Origin: Paraspadella gotoi
Lineage: Eukaryota; Animalia; Chaetognatha
DNA length: 64,000 nt
NCBI GenBank assembly: GCA_051294375.1
Contig: CM119264.1
Span: 2,695,769-2,759,768 of the forward strand
Direction of reading: 5' to 3'
In this document: positions 39,017-51,187 of the stretch, in pieces
How positions within the stretch are numbered: position 1 is the stretch's first letter
How the letters are laid out: every line of letters starts with the position of its first letter
The notes under the pieces: generated by a model
What the model was told of the DNA's origin: nothing
The model's input: the letters and a program-made list of their open reading frames with translations, nothing else
Database searches by the model: none
Program-made: the position numbers and the translations under genes

Positions 39017-40826
39017 GGAATCGTTTCACATGCCATTCACGCTCAAAAATTGAGGTCCCGCTCGGAGAAGGTCGCTACTTTTTTTAAATGTTTAAGTGCA
39101 TTGTTAGACTGCAGTTCAATGACGTTAAGCGTTTTAAACTAGAACAGTATCGAAAATATTAAACAACTAATCAAACTACTTCTACTAAGATCGATTAGAT
39201 AAAATTGCTGGTTTTAATTAATGACTTCGGAATATTTTAAATGCTCTTAAGTTTGGCTATTCAATTTTTTTCTGGGTCATTATAAATTTATTTTTTTTTT
39301 TTGGTTTAGTTGTTTTCCTTTACGTTTCTCATTTTTTTTTAACAAGTTCCTTACATTTCTTTCCTTCTTTCTTTCTTTCTTTCTTTCCTTCTTTCCTTCT
39401 TTCCTTCTTTCCTTCTTTCTTTCTTTCTTTCTTTCTTTCTTTTTTCTTTCCTTTTTTCTTATCACTTCTCATTTATCTTTTCTTTCTTCCTCGCTTCTCT
39501 TTTCTTCTCTTTTCTGTCCACTGGTCTTTACTCCATCCTCTTTCATTTCTTTTCTCTGTCAATTTTTCTTTTTTTCCCTTTTCTCTTTTCTTCTCTTTNN
39601 NNNNNNNNNNNNNNNNNNNNNNNNNNNNNNNNNNNNNNNNNNNNNNNNNNNNNNNNNNNNNNNNNNNNNNNNNNNNNNNNNNNNNNNNNNNNNNNNNNNN
39701 NNNNNNNNNNNNNNNNNNNNNNNNNNNNNNNNNNNNNNNNNNNNNNNNNNNNNNNNNNNNNNNNNNNNNNNNNNNNNNNNNNNNNNNNNNNNNNNNNNNN
39801 NNNAGAGAGAGAGAGAGAGAGAGAGAGAGACCATGTTTAGAGGCCATAATAATAAAAGAGCAATCAAGGAGTGACGTATTCAACAAGTGGAAGAAGAACC
39901 TTTCAACTTCAGTTTCTTTGGACGAAGAAAAACTCCAAGATTTTTGTCTATTTGCTGCTGCAGCCGCTGCCACTGCCGCTGCTGCCGTCCCTGCTGCAGT
40001 TGTTGTTATTGTTGTTGTAGTTGTTGTTACAGTAGCGAGAGAGTTTTCCGATTGCAGCAGATAACAGCAGTAAAGCAGAGCAGCGCTAGGAAAAAGATGG
40101 TCAAAGCCATCGTCGTCGTCGTGGTCGTCGTCGTCATCGCCGTCGTCATCGCCATCGTCGTNNNNNNNNNNNNNNNNNNNNNNNNNNNNNNNNNNNNNNN
40201 NNNNNNNNNNNNNNNNNNNNNNNNNNNNNNNNNNNNNNNNNNNNNNNNNNNNNNNNNNNNNNNNNNNNNNNNNNNNNNNNNNNNNNNNNNNNNNNNNNNN
40301 NNNNNNNNNNNNNNNNNNNNNNNNNNNNNNNNNNNNNNNNNNNNNNNNNNNNNNNNNNNNNNNNNNNNNNNNNNNNNNNNNNNNNNNNNNNNNNNNNNNN
40401 NNNNNNNNNNNNNNNNNNNNNNNNNNNNNNNNNNNNNNNNNNNNNNNNNNNNNNNNNNNNNNNNNNNNNNNNNNNNNNNNNNNNNNNNNNNNNNNNNNNN
40501 NNNNNNNNNNNNNNNNNNNNNNNNNNNNNNNNNNNNNNNNNNNNNNNNNNNNNNNNNNNNNNNNNNNNNNNNNNNNNNNNNNNNNNNNNNNNNNNNNNNN
40601 NNNNNNNNNNNNNNNNNNNNNNNNNNNNNNNNNNNNNNNNNNNNNNNNNNNNNNNNNNNNNNNNNNNNNNNNNNNNNNNNNNNNNNNNNNNNNNNNNNNN
40701 NNNNNNNNNNNNNNNNNNNNNNNNNNNNNNNNNNNNNNNNNNNNNNNNNNNNNNNNNNNNNNNNNNNNNNNNNNNNNNNNNNNNNNNNNNNNNNNNNNNN
40801 NNNNNNNNNNNNNNNNNNNNNNNNNN

Positions 40827-40860
<34 letters not shown>

Positions 40861-41055
40861 TTGTGATTTCCTGTTCAGTTGATCTGACAAACATCGACTT
40901 CGCAATGAAATTGCTTTCGTTATTAACATTGTCATCTCAGTCATTTTCCTTGTCATCTTTGTCGTCGTTGTTGTCGTCGTCTTTCGCAATCGTGGATGAC
41001 CTCATCGTCTACGAGGGAAGTGATTTGATTGACGCTTCGGGGAAAACGTTTGGCA

Positions 41056-41089
<34 letters not shown>

Positions 41090-42084
41090 TTTCTTGGTCG
41101 CCGGAAGAGAACTTCTGAGAATGATGTTGACCTCTCGATTTTGTGATGTGAATGCGACGTCGTCTTCACGGCGAATGCAAGGACGCTCGGTGAGGAAGAA
41201 AAGTTTTTCTTTTTTTCCTTTTTCTGTCAACTCTTGTCAGGCAGATTGACGTTCTGGCCTCTGGGTCTTTGTCATTGCNNNNNNNNNNNNNNNNNNNNNN
41301 NNNNNNNNNNNNNNNNNNNNNNNNNNNNNNNNNNNNNNNNNNNNNNNNNNNNNNNNNNNNNNNNNNNNNNNNNNNNNNNNNNNNNNNNNNNNNNNNNNNN
41401 NNNNNNNNNNNNNNNNNNNNNNNNNNNNNNNNNNNNNNNNNNNNNNNNNNNNNNNNNNNNNNNNNNNNNNNNNNNNNNNNNNNNNNNNNNNNNNNNNNNN
41501 NNNNNNNNNNNNNNNNNNNNNNNNNNNNNNNNNNNNNNNNNNNNNNNNNNNNNNNNNNNNNNNNNNNNNNNNNNNNNNNNNNNNNNNNNNNNNNNNNNNN
41601 NNNNNNNNNNNNNNNNNNNNNNNTCCTTTACAGAGTTGACCTTTGAGTCTCCGTCTCAGCGGACGGACGGACAAACGGACGGACGGACGGACGGACGGAC
41701 ACCCTTTCCNNNNNNNNNNTCTCCGTCTCAGCGGATGGACGGACGGACGTACGGACGGACGGACGGTCGGACACCCTTTCCCCGCGACTAAGACGTTTTT
41801 CCCTCGAGAGGCGCCGCCTCGTTTCCGGTTTCGGCCTTCGACCTGTAGACGTCGTTTGTTTAGTTGAGCGACCGGGTTTTTTTTTCGCTTTAGGCCTTTT
41901 ATGGCATTTGGCCTCTGGCGGAAAAGGTTTTTTCCCTTCTGGCCTTTAATTGGTTTCCAACCTTATTTCTTCATTCTAAATTTCTTGGGCCCAAAGCAAA
42001 GGGCAACTCAAGGAGATTCATCGACAAATTCTCAAGTTTTGAGTATTGCAACTTCTTGGTCGTCGTCGTCATCCTAGTCGTTGA

Positions 42085-42133
<49 letters not shown>

Positions 42134-44309
42134 CTGCGCATTTCGTTGTAAAATTCTCCCCCAAAATCCGTTCACATAATTCATGAATTGAATGGAGTTT
42201 GAATTCTGAAGGAGGAAAATCAAAATTTGACGGGAAAGATGTTGGAGAAATAAAGGGAGGAAAGGAGAAAAGAGGAAGGGAGGAAAGGAGAAAAGAGGAA
42301 GGGAGAAAAGAGGAAGGGAGGAAGAGAGAAAATAAGAAGGGAGGAAAGGAGAAAAGAGGAAGGGAGGAAAAGAGAAAATAGGAAAGGAGAAAAGGAGAAA
42401 AGAGGAAGGGAGGAAAGGAGAAAAGAAGAAAGGAGGAAAAGAGAAAGGAGGAAGGGAGGAAAGGAGAAAAGAGGAAGGGAGAAAGGGAGAAAAGAGGAAA
42501 TAAAGTTATTGAGATAAAGGTTGGTGGAACCAAAAATGGAGGGAGAAAGAGATAATGAATTGAATTATAAATATAATGTATACAGTAGAAAATTATAGAA
42601 TGTAAATTTTAAAAAAAATGTTAGGAAAACTGGTTGTGGCAGAATAAAAATAAATAAAGATAGAGAAAGTGAACAAGAGAAATAAAGAAGAAAAGAGAAA
42701 CTCATATACAGGGAGGTCCATCTCTAATGGGACTAACTTCAAGTGTTTACACCACAAAAATGGTTAACAATAAAAGATAAAAGGAACTATATTTGGAAAC
42801 CAGGTTAAATTTTCTTTTGATCGATATCAAAAACGTCTGGAATATCCAACAGCAACTACTGTTTTTAAAGCTTTTTGCATAACATGTCGAAATTCTTCGC
42901 GAGAAAGATAGAGCGAAAGCCCGTCAAAAAATGGGAGGAAATCGAGCGGAGGAAAAATAAGAAGAGGAAATTAATGGGGTTAAAAAGGAAAGAAATAAAA
43001 AGATGAAAGGAAGTTTTTTCTTTATGAATAAATATTAAGAAATAACATCTGATATGAGGAGAAAAGGAGGAAGAGAAAAAGAAAGAAAGAAAAGAAGGAA
43101 AGGAAAAAAAAAGAGGAAATCTGAGGAAAGAAAAGAGAAAAAAGGAGAAGAGGAAATCGGAGGAAAGAAAAGAGAGAATCGAGTTCCATCCGGTTCCATC
43201 TCTCAAAAAGCGAATTCTGAAAAAAAAACGTTTTTCATATCAAGAATCTGGCCCATCATCAACTGGCCGAAAGCGGGAAAAGGTCGCCCAATGCTCTCTC
43301 TCTATCTCTCTCTCTCTCNNNNNNNNNNNNNNNNNNNNNNNNNNNNNNNNNNNNNNNNNNNNNNNNNNNNNNNNNNNNNNNNNNNNNNNNNNNNNNNNNN
43401 NNNNNNNNNNNNNNNNNNNNNNNNNNNNNNNNNNNNNNNNNNNNNNNNNNNNNNNNNNNNNNNNNNNNNNNNNNNNNNNNNNNNNNNNNNNNNNNNNNNN
43501 NNNNNNNNNNNNNNNNNNNNNNNNNNNNNNNNNCCTCCATCCCTCTTTTTTTCTGCCATCCGTAACGAGAGAAGAGTTTCCTTTTTGTCCAAAAAAGTTT
43601 TGGCTTTCTTGCTTTTGGTAGTGTGCTATTTCCTTGAGAGTGGAGTTGTTAATGAAATTGTAATAAAGCAGTTTTTTATTAAATTTCTGTATTTTTTCAA
43701 GTCTCTATCTCTTTCCCTCAATTTCTTTCAATCCCTTTCTGTTTATATATTATGTTAAAAAGTCTAAAATATTATCTTCTAGTTTTAATACGTCCTGGTG
43801 AAAGAATGGTTTCCACTCTCAAAATCCTCCANNNNNNNNNNTTGTTCTTTCTTTTTCACAGACTCACACTTATTCACTCAGCTTTTCACTAAATCACATC
43901 CCGACCCAAATTTTTTCCTAGAAGAAAATTATCAGAAATGTCTCACATCTGGCATCGACGTGACAAGCAGTCGACAAGCAATTGAGAAAGTCAAGCACTT
44001 CATATAAATTCACTTAATAAATCAGAACGCGAGACTTGTTGCGAGAAACTCTACCGGACTAACGACAGCCAATCAAGAGTAAATCTCTTAACCAATCAGA
44101 ATCTTTATTGTTCTTTCCCTCGAAATAACATTCTTTCCTCATCTGCTGACTTTTTTATGTTTTATGACCCGTGATTTGGATGCTATCCCTTCACTGACCG
44201 GTCTCCAACCACTCACCAACACTCACCAATTCACCAACCTAGCACCGCTTTGCTTATTACCACCTGAACCATCCCTATTTCTCTTCTCTCTCCTCTCTCT
44301 CTCCTCTCT

Positions 44310-44345
<36 letters not shown>

Positions 44346-44366
44346 CTCTCTCCCTCTTTCCCTCAG

Positions 44367-45228
44367 ACAAAAGAAAAAACCCCGCTGCTCCGACTGCAAC
44401 GCCTCCAATTCCTCCGCTCCGATCTACTCGCGCCCAACTCCGAAATCCAATCGACTCTGCCGGAGCAAAGCTCCCTCCGCCGCCGGTGCAGCGACGACTC
44501 TGCCGACGCAGCGTACATCCGCCCCGCCGACGCGACTGTCGACGGCGACGCCCACCGACAACGAGGCGTCGGAATCGGACGTCGGTTCCATCAACTTCCG
44601 GTCGCCCGGACGAAGAACTTCGGCGACGACTGACGAAGACGACGACGAAGACGACGACGTGAATAACATCTACGAGAATCTTCCCGTCTGTCCGTCCACC
44701 AGACAGACTTATTCACAGACGACCAACTTTAACGTCATTCCGCCTCAGGATCCCACGGAGACGCAGGCGCCGCCGCTGCCGCCAGCGTCGCATCACCACG
44801 CCGCCCCGCCGCCGCCGCGACCGGTCAAGGACGCCGCAGCCGGTCAACAAATCGATTTTAACAATTACTCTCGACGGAGAGGGCGGAGCGGCGGCGTCGG
44901 CGGCGAACCCGGCGCCTTTCAAATAGCGAGACCTAGTCGAGCCGACAAGCCGACGCCGCCGCCAAAGCCAAAAGCCGCGACGCCGCATACCGGCGTCGTA
45001 TTGGCCGCGCCACCGAGACCCGACTCATCCGCCGCGTCTACCTCCTCACCATCAATCCACCGCCGGGCGGGCGCGGGGCCGTGACCCCGACGGCCCTTCC
45101 GACGGCCGGGCTGCAAATGGCCTCACCCTTTCGAACTCACTTCACAATCCCCGGTCCTTCTTCCTCCCCTCTACATTTCGACCCGAGGGAATTCGATTTC
45201 TCTGCCATCTTGAACGACGTCAGGGGAG
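44367..45228 (+). CDS. Putative coding exon of a Pro/Ser/Thr-rich disordered protein with IYENL, PPLPP and KPTPPPKP motifs; truncated by a gap
   Basis: (CT)n tract and CCTCAG acceptor at 44366. ORF 44164..45084 is open across it, and overlapping ORF 45081 continues with protein-like sequence (FDPREFDFSAILNDVR). Strong GC island. Confidence 0.62.
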
Positions 45229-45253
45229 NNNNNNNNNNNNNNNNNNNNNNNNN

Positions 45254-48200
45254 TGTATTCCTGTACAAATGTTTCCTGTGTAAATTTGTTCTTGTGCAAA
45301 TGTTGTTCCTGTGCAAATGCATTCCTGTGCAAATTTGTTCCTGTGCAAATGTGTTACTGGTGCAAATACATTCCTGTGCAAATTTTTTCCTGTGCAAATG
45401 TATTCCCTGAGCAAATGTATTCCTGTGCAAATGTTATTCGGTACCAAATGCATTCCTGTGCAAATGTATTCCTGTGCAAATGTGTCCTGTCAAATGTGTC
45501 CCTGTGCAAAAACATTTTTATGAAAATGCATTCCTGTACAAATTCATTCCTGAGCAAATTCATTCTTGTACAAATTTATATTCCTATGCCATTTCATTCC
45601 TATGCAAATTTATTCCTGTGCAAATTCATTCCTGTGCAAATTTTTCCTGTGCAAATTTATTTCTGTACAAATTCATTCCTGTGCAAATTTAATCCTGTGC
45701 AAATTCAATCCTGTGCAAATTCTTCCATTACAAAATTGTATTCCTGTACCAATTAATTCCTGTCAAATTATTTCTTTCAAAAATGTATTTTTTTTTCCTG
45801 TGCAAATTTATTACTCTAAAAAATCTTTCCTGTGCTAATTCATTCCTGTGACAAGAATATTTTGCACAGGAATGATTTTGCACACGAATGAATTTGCACT
45901 GAATGATTGCACAGGAATGAATTAAGGGGTGAACTTAGGCAAAGATTTTTCTTAAATAGGTAATAGACAATTCTTTGGTTTACCTAGTAGTTAACTGAAT
46001 AAAAGTAGGCATTTTTTAATTGAGGAAGGAATTAGTTTGCATAAGAATACATTTGTAAAAAGAAATAATTTGTACAGAAATTAATTTGCACAGGAATACA
46101 TTTGTAACAGAAATAATTTGCACAGGATTGAATTTGCACAGTAGATGAATTTGCACAGAAATGTTTTGTACAGGAATAAATTTGAAACAAGAATTGCCTT
46201 TGCACAGGAATACTTTTGCTCTGGAAACTTTTAGCAAAGGGATAACTTTGCAACAGAATGAATTTGCACAGAATTGAATTTGCCAAGGAATGAATTTGCA
46301 CAAGAATGTATTTGCACAAGAATAAATTAATACAGGATTGATTTGCACAGGAATGAATTTTGTAGAGGAATGATTTGCACAGGAATGAATTTGCCATAGG
46401 AATGAATTTGCACAAGGAATAAATTTGCACAGGAATACAATTGCACAGGAATGATTTGCATAGGAATGAATTTGCACAGGAATAAATTTGCACAGGAATA
46501 CATTTTTACAAAATTTATTCCCTGTGCAAATTCATTCTGTTAAAATTATTCCTGTGCAAATTTATTTCTCTGCAAATTCATTCCTGTTCAAATTCAATCC
46601 TGTGCAATTTATTCCTGTGCAAAATTCAATCTGGTTCAAATTCATAATCTGTGCAAATTCCTTCTTGTGCAAATTCAATCCTGTGCAAATTTCATTCCTG
46701 TGCAAATTCAATTCCTGTACAAATTCATTCCTGTGCAAATTCATTCCTGTACAAAATTCATTCCTGTGCAAATTTATTCCTGTGCAAATTCAATCCTGTG
46801 CAAATTCTTCCATTACAAATGTATTCCTGTACACATTAAATTCCTGTGCAATTATTTCTTTTAAAAATGTATTCCTACACAAATTCATTCTTGTGAAAAT
46901 TCATTTCTGTACAAAAGCATTCTTGTGCATATGCATTCCTGTGCAAATGAATTCCTGTGAAAATGTTTTCCTGTGCAAATGATTTCTTGTTCAAATTTAT
47001 TTCTGTGCAAGATTCATTCAGTAGCAAAGATATCCCTTTGCTAAAGTATAAGTTCAATGTATTCCTTGTGGAATTCGATACCTGCGAGCATTTTACCATC
47101 CATTTGCACACAAGGTCCTGATTGTCAGGGTATGAGATATTATCGCTACATCCTGTACATATGCATTCCTGTACAAATTTGTTCCTGTGCAAATGTGTTA
47201 CTGAGCAAATACATTCCTGTGCAAATGTATTCCTTTGGCAAATTCATTCAGTTGCAAAGTTATCCATTTTCAAATGTTTCTGTGCAAATTATTCCTGTAC
47301 CCAAATGTATTCCTGGTAAATTTGTTCTTGTGCAAATGTGTCCTGTGCAAATGCATTCCTGTGCAAATTTGTTCCTGTGCAAATGTGTTTACTGTGCAAA
47401 TACATTCCTGTGCAAATGTATTCCTGTGCAAATATATTCCTGTGCAAATGTATTCCTTGTGCAAATTTTTTCCTGTGCAAATTCATCTCAGTGCAAAGTT
47501 TATCCCTTTTCAAATGTTTTCTGTGCAAATGTATTACTGTACAAATGTATTCCTGTGCAAATGTGTTCCTGTGCAAATGCATTCTGTGCAAATGTTTCCT
47601 GTGCAAACGTGTTCTGTGCAAATACATTCCTGTGGCAAATGTATTCCTGTGCAAAATATATTCCTGTGCGAATGTATTTCCTGTGCAAATTTTTTCCTGT
47701 GCAAATTCATTCAGTTGCAAATTATCCCTTTTCCAAATGTTTTCTGTGCAAATGTATTACTGTTACAAATGTATTCCTGTGTAAATTTTTTTCTTGTGCA
47801 AATGTTTTCTGTGCAAAGCATTCCAGTGCAAATTTGTTCCTGGTGCAAATGTATTCCTGAGCAAAATGTATTCCTGTGCAAATGTATTTCGGACAAATGC
47901 TTCCCTGTGCAAATGTATTCCTGTGCAAATGTGTTCCTGGTCAAATGTGTCCCTGTGCAAAAACATTTTTTATGAAAATGCATTCCTGTACAAATTCATT
48001 CTGAGCAAATTCATTCTTGTACAAATTTATTCCTATCCATTTTCATTCCTGTGCAAATTTATTCTGTGCAAATTTATTTCTGTAACAAATTCATTCCTGT
48101 GCAAATTTAATCCTGTGCAAATTCAATCGCTGCAAATTCTTTCCATACAAATGTATTCCTGTACAATTAATCCTGTCCAAAATTATTTCTTTCCAAAAAG

Positions 48201-49706
48201 TATTCCTGTGCAAATTTATTCTACTCTAAAAATTCTTTCCTGTGCTAATTCATTCCTGTGCAAGAATGATTTTGCACAGGAATGATTTGCCACAACGAAT
48301 GAATTTGCACTGGAATGAAATGTGCACAGGAATGAATTAAGGGTGAAACTTAGGCCAAAAGATTTTTTCCTTAAAATAGGTAATAGACAATTCTTTGGTT
48401 TACCTAGTAGTTAACTGATATAAAAGTAGGCAATTTTTAATTAGGAAAGAATTAGTTTGCATAAGAATACATATTGTAAAAGAAATAATTTGTACAGAAA
48501 AATAATTTGCACAGGAATACATTTGTAACAGAGATAATTTTGCACAGGAATTGAATTGCACAGTAATGAATTTGGCACAGAAATGTTTTGTACAGGAATA
48601 AATTTGACAAGAATGCCTTTGCACAGGAATATCTTTTGCTCTGAAACTTTTAAGCAAAGGGATAACTTTGGCAACAGAATGAATTTCCACAGAATTGAAT
48701 TTGCCAAGGAATGAATTTTCACAAGAATGTATTTGCACAAGAAATAAATTAATACAGGATTGAATTTGCACAGGAATGAATTTGTAGAGGAATGAATTTG
48801 CACAGGAATGAATTTGCATAGGAATGAATTTGCACAGGAATAAATTGCACCAGGAATACAATTGCACAGGAATGAATTTTGCATAGAATGAGATTGCACA
48901 GGAATAAATTTGCACAGGAATACATTTGTACAAAATTTATTCCTGTGCAAATTCATTCCTGTTAAAATTTATTCCTGTGCAAATGTATTCCTGTGCAAAT
49001 CATATTCTGTGCAAATGCTATTCCTGTGCAATTTTTTCCTGTGAAATTCATTCAGTTGCAAGTTATCCTTTTCCAAATGTTTTCTGTGCAAATGTATTAC
49101 TGTACAAATGTATTCCTGGTAAATTTGTTCTTGTGCAATGTGTTCCTGTGCAAATGCATTCCAGTGCAAATATTATTCCTGTGCAAATGTATTCCTGAGC
49201 AAATGTATTCCTGTGCAAATGTATTTCGGTAACAAATGGCATTCCTGTGCAAATGTATTCCTGTGCAAATGGTGTTCCATGTCAAATGTGTCCCTGTGCA
49301 AAAAACATTTTTATGAAAATGCATTTCCTGTACAAATTCATTCCTGAGCAATTCATTCTTGTACAATATTCCTATTCATTCCTATCCAATTTATTCCTAT
49401 GCAAATTATTCCTGTGCAAATTTCATTCCTGTGCATTAATTTTATTTTCTGTACAAATTCATTGCCTGTGCAAATTTAATCCTGTGCAAATTCAATCCTG
49501 TGCAAATTCTTCCATTAACAAATGTATTCCCTGAACCAATTAATTCCTGTCCAAATTATTTCTTTCAAAAATGTATTTCCCGTGCAAATTTATTACTGTA
49601 AAAATTCAATCCTGTGCTAATTCATTCCTGTGCAAGAATTGATTTTGCACAGGAATGATTTTGCACATGAATGAATTTGCACTGGAATGAATTGCACAGG
49701 AATGAA
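45254..49706. repeat. 16-bp satellite ATTCCTGTGCAAAT(TC/GT/TT) with repeated orientation switches and short unique spacers
   Basis: Many attcctgtgcaaat / atttgcacaggaat units. Switches at ~45855, ~46505, ~48265, ~48928 and ~49637; spacers at 45926-46030 and 48341-48450. Confidence 0.96.
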
Positions 49707-49710
49707 TTAA

Positions 49711-51183
49711 GGGGTGAAATTAGGCAAAGATTTTTTTCTTTAAATAGGTTAATAGACAATTCTTTGTTTACCTAGTGTTAACTGAATAAAAGTAGTCAAT
49801 TTTTTAATTGAGGAAAGGATCTTTTAAGAATCTAAGATATAACTGATAAACTTATGATCTAATTTGCCTAGATAAAAGGAAAAGGTTATCTTAATAATTG
49901 AGCCAAATGATATTAAATTAAATATTGTAGTCTAATTGAATTCTATTGTTAGTCTAACCTTGTGTTGTATACGATGCTCCCTCTATTTCCAGAAGACAAC
50001 CACAGACCTCCCCCTCCCAAAATGAGTTATTAGATATAATAAGCAAATAATGTTTCTTAAAAAGTAATATATATAATTAAATAATATAGTTTAACATAGA
50101 AAACATTCATAGTTATAAAAATATAAGATAGTGAAACGAGTTTAATTTTTGCAAATTTTCATATAAAATTAAAAAAATAACAAAATATGAATATTTTTTG
50201 GTATTAATTTTTTAAATAAACTATTTATCAAAATATAAAACTTTAATTTGCCTAAACATTGAAATTCAATTATTTTTAGCCCAAATATTTTAAATGAAAG
50301 ATAAAAATAATTTTATAAAAAAAAATTAATAGGCTAAAAATATGTTTGGTGTTTGGTATTGGTGTTTGGTGATAGGGGTTGGAGTCATTATATAGTTGTT
50401 TTTAATTAAGATAAACATTTTTCAGTATGCTCAATAAATCATTTTTTACTTTGAGTCAAAATCTTTGTTAATGATAAAAAAATAGAAGGATAATTTTTTA
50501 AGATTTTTTTATCTTGAATCATATCCATAGGATATTTACTTTCCACATCGAGCTCGGAATTTTTGAATCTAATGCAGCTAGGGAAGGTATGAGTAATCCA
50601 TATCATATTCTGTAAAAGAATTCTAATTAGCTTTGACATTCAAATAAGATACAAAACATTTTTGGGCGACTTGAGTCTTGTGTACATTTTACATCATCTT
50701 TGATCGAGTTTTAATCTTGTCAATCATCATCAGGATACAACTGAATACGTTACATTGAAAATCTCTTTAAATGTATGCATCCTTATTGTTATTACTAATT
50801 TCTTTAATTATCTGTTAATTTTTTTATTTATCAATGAAATTATCTTCTTTAATAATTTTCATTGGTTCTGGGTCTGGGTAGTAGCCAAGTAGTTTACATA
50901 CTAATGCTGGATACTCATATTTCATGCCATCTGGGAAAAGTATTTTTGGCTTAAAATATCAGTAATAACAAATTGAAAATATAGTTTAAGAAAGAAATTA
51001 AAACAATAAAAGAAAATATATTGTTTTATTATATCCTTAAAAATAAATATAAGGCAAAATATTTTGATTCAGAAATTGCCTATCTTAATTAAAAAAAATC
51101 ATTTCTTTACCTACATATCAGTAACACTTTGCTCACTGAGCAATGCTCAGTTAATCAGACAAAATATTACGTAAGTTCACCCC
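49711..51183. mobile_element. 1.47-kb AT-rich segment bounded by inverted repeats GGGGTGAA(C)TTA ... TAAGTTCACCCC (candidate TIR element or inter-element spacer)
   Basis: ttaa|ggggtgaaatta at 49707-49722 (cleaner copy ttaa|ggggtgaactta at 45922-45937) and taagttcacccc|ttag at 51172-51187. Hairpin ctgagc-aat-gctcag at ~51136-51150. Confidence 0.45.
50431..50958 (-). CDS. Candidate ORF under a UAA/UAG-reassigned code (Gln or Glu); unknown protein
   Basis: Hand translation gives 175 codons in one frame with 7 TAA and 3 TAG and no TGA until 50433-50431. ATG at 50925. Reads MKYEYPALVCKLLGYYPDPEPMKIIKEDNFIDK*KN*QIIKEISNNNKDAYI*RDFQCNVFSCILMMIDKIKTRSKMM*NVHKTQVAQKCFVSYLNVKAN*NSFTEYDMDYSYLP*LH*IQKFRARCGK*ISYGYDSR*KNLKKLSFYFFIINKDFDSK*KMIY. 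Confidence 0.4.
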
Positions 51184-51187
51184 TTAG

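Noticed and set aside
39880-41230. Possible minus-strand exons around (GAC)n/(AAC)n tracts
   Set aside because: Short, repeat-dominated and broken by gaps, with no consistent frame.
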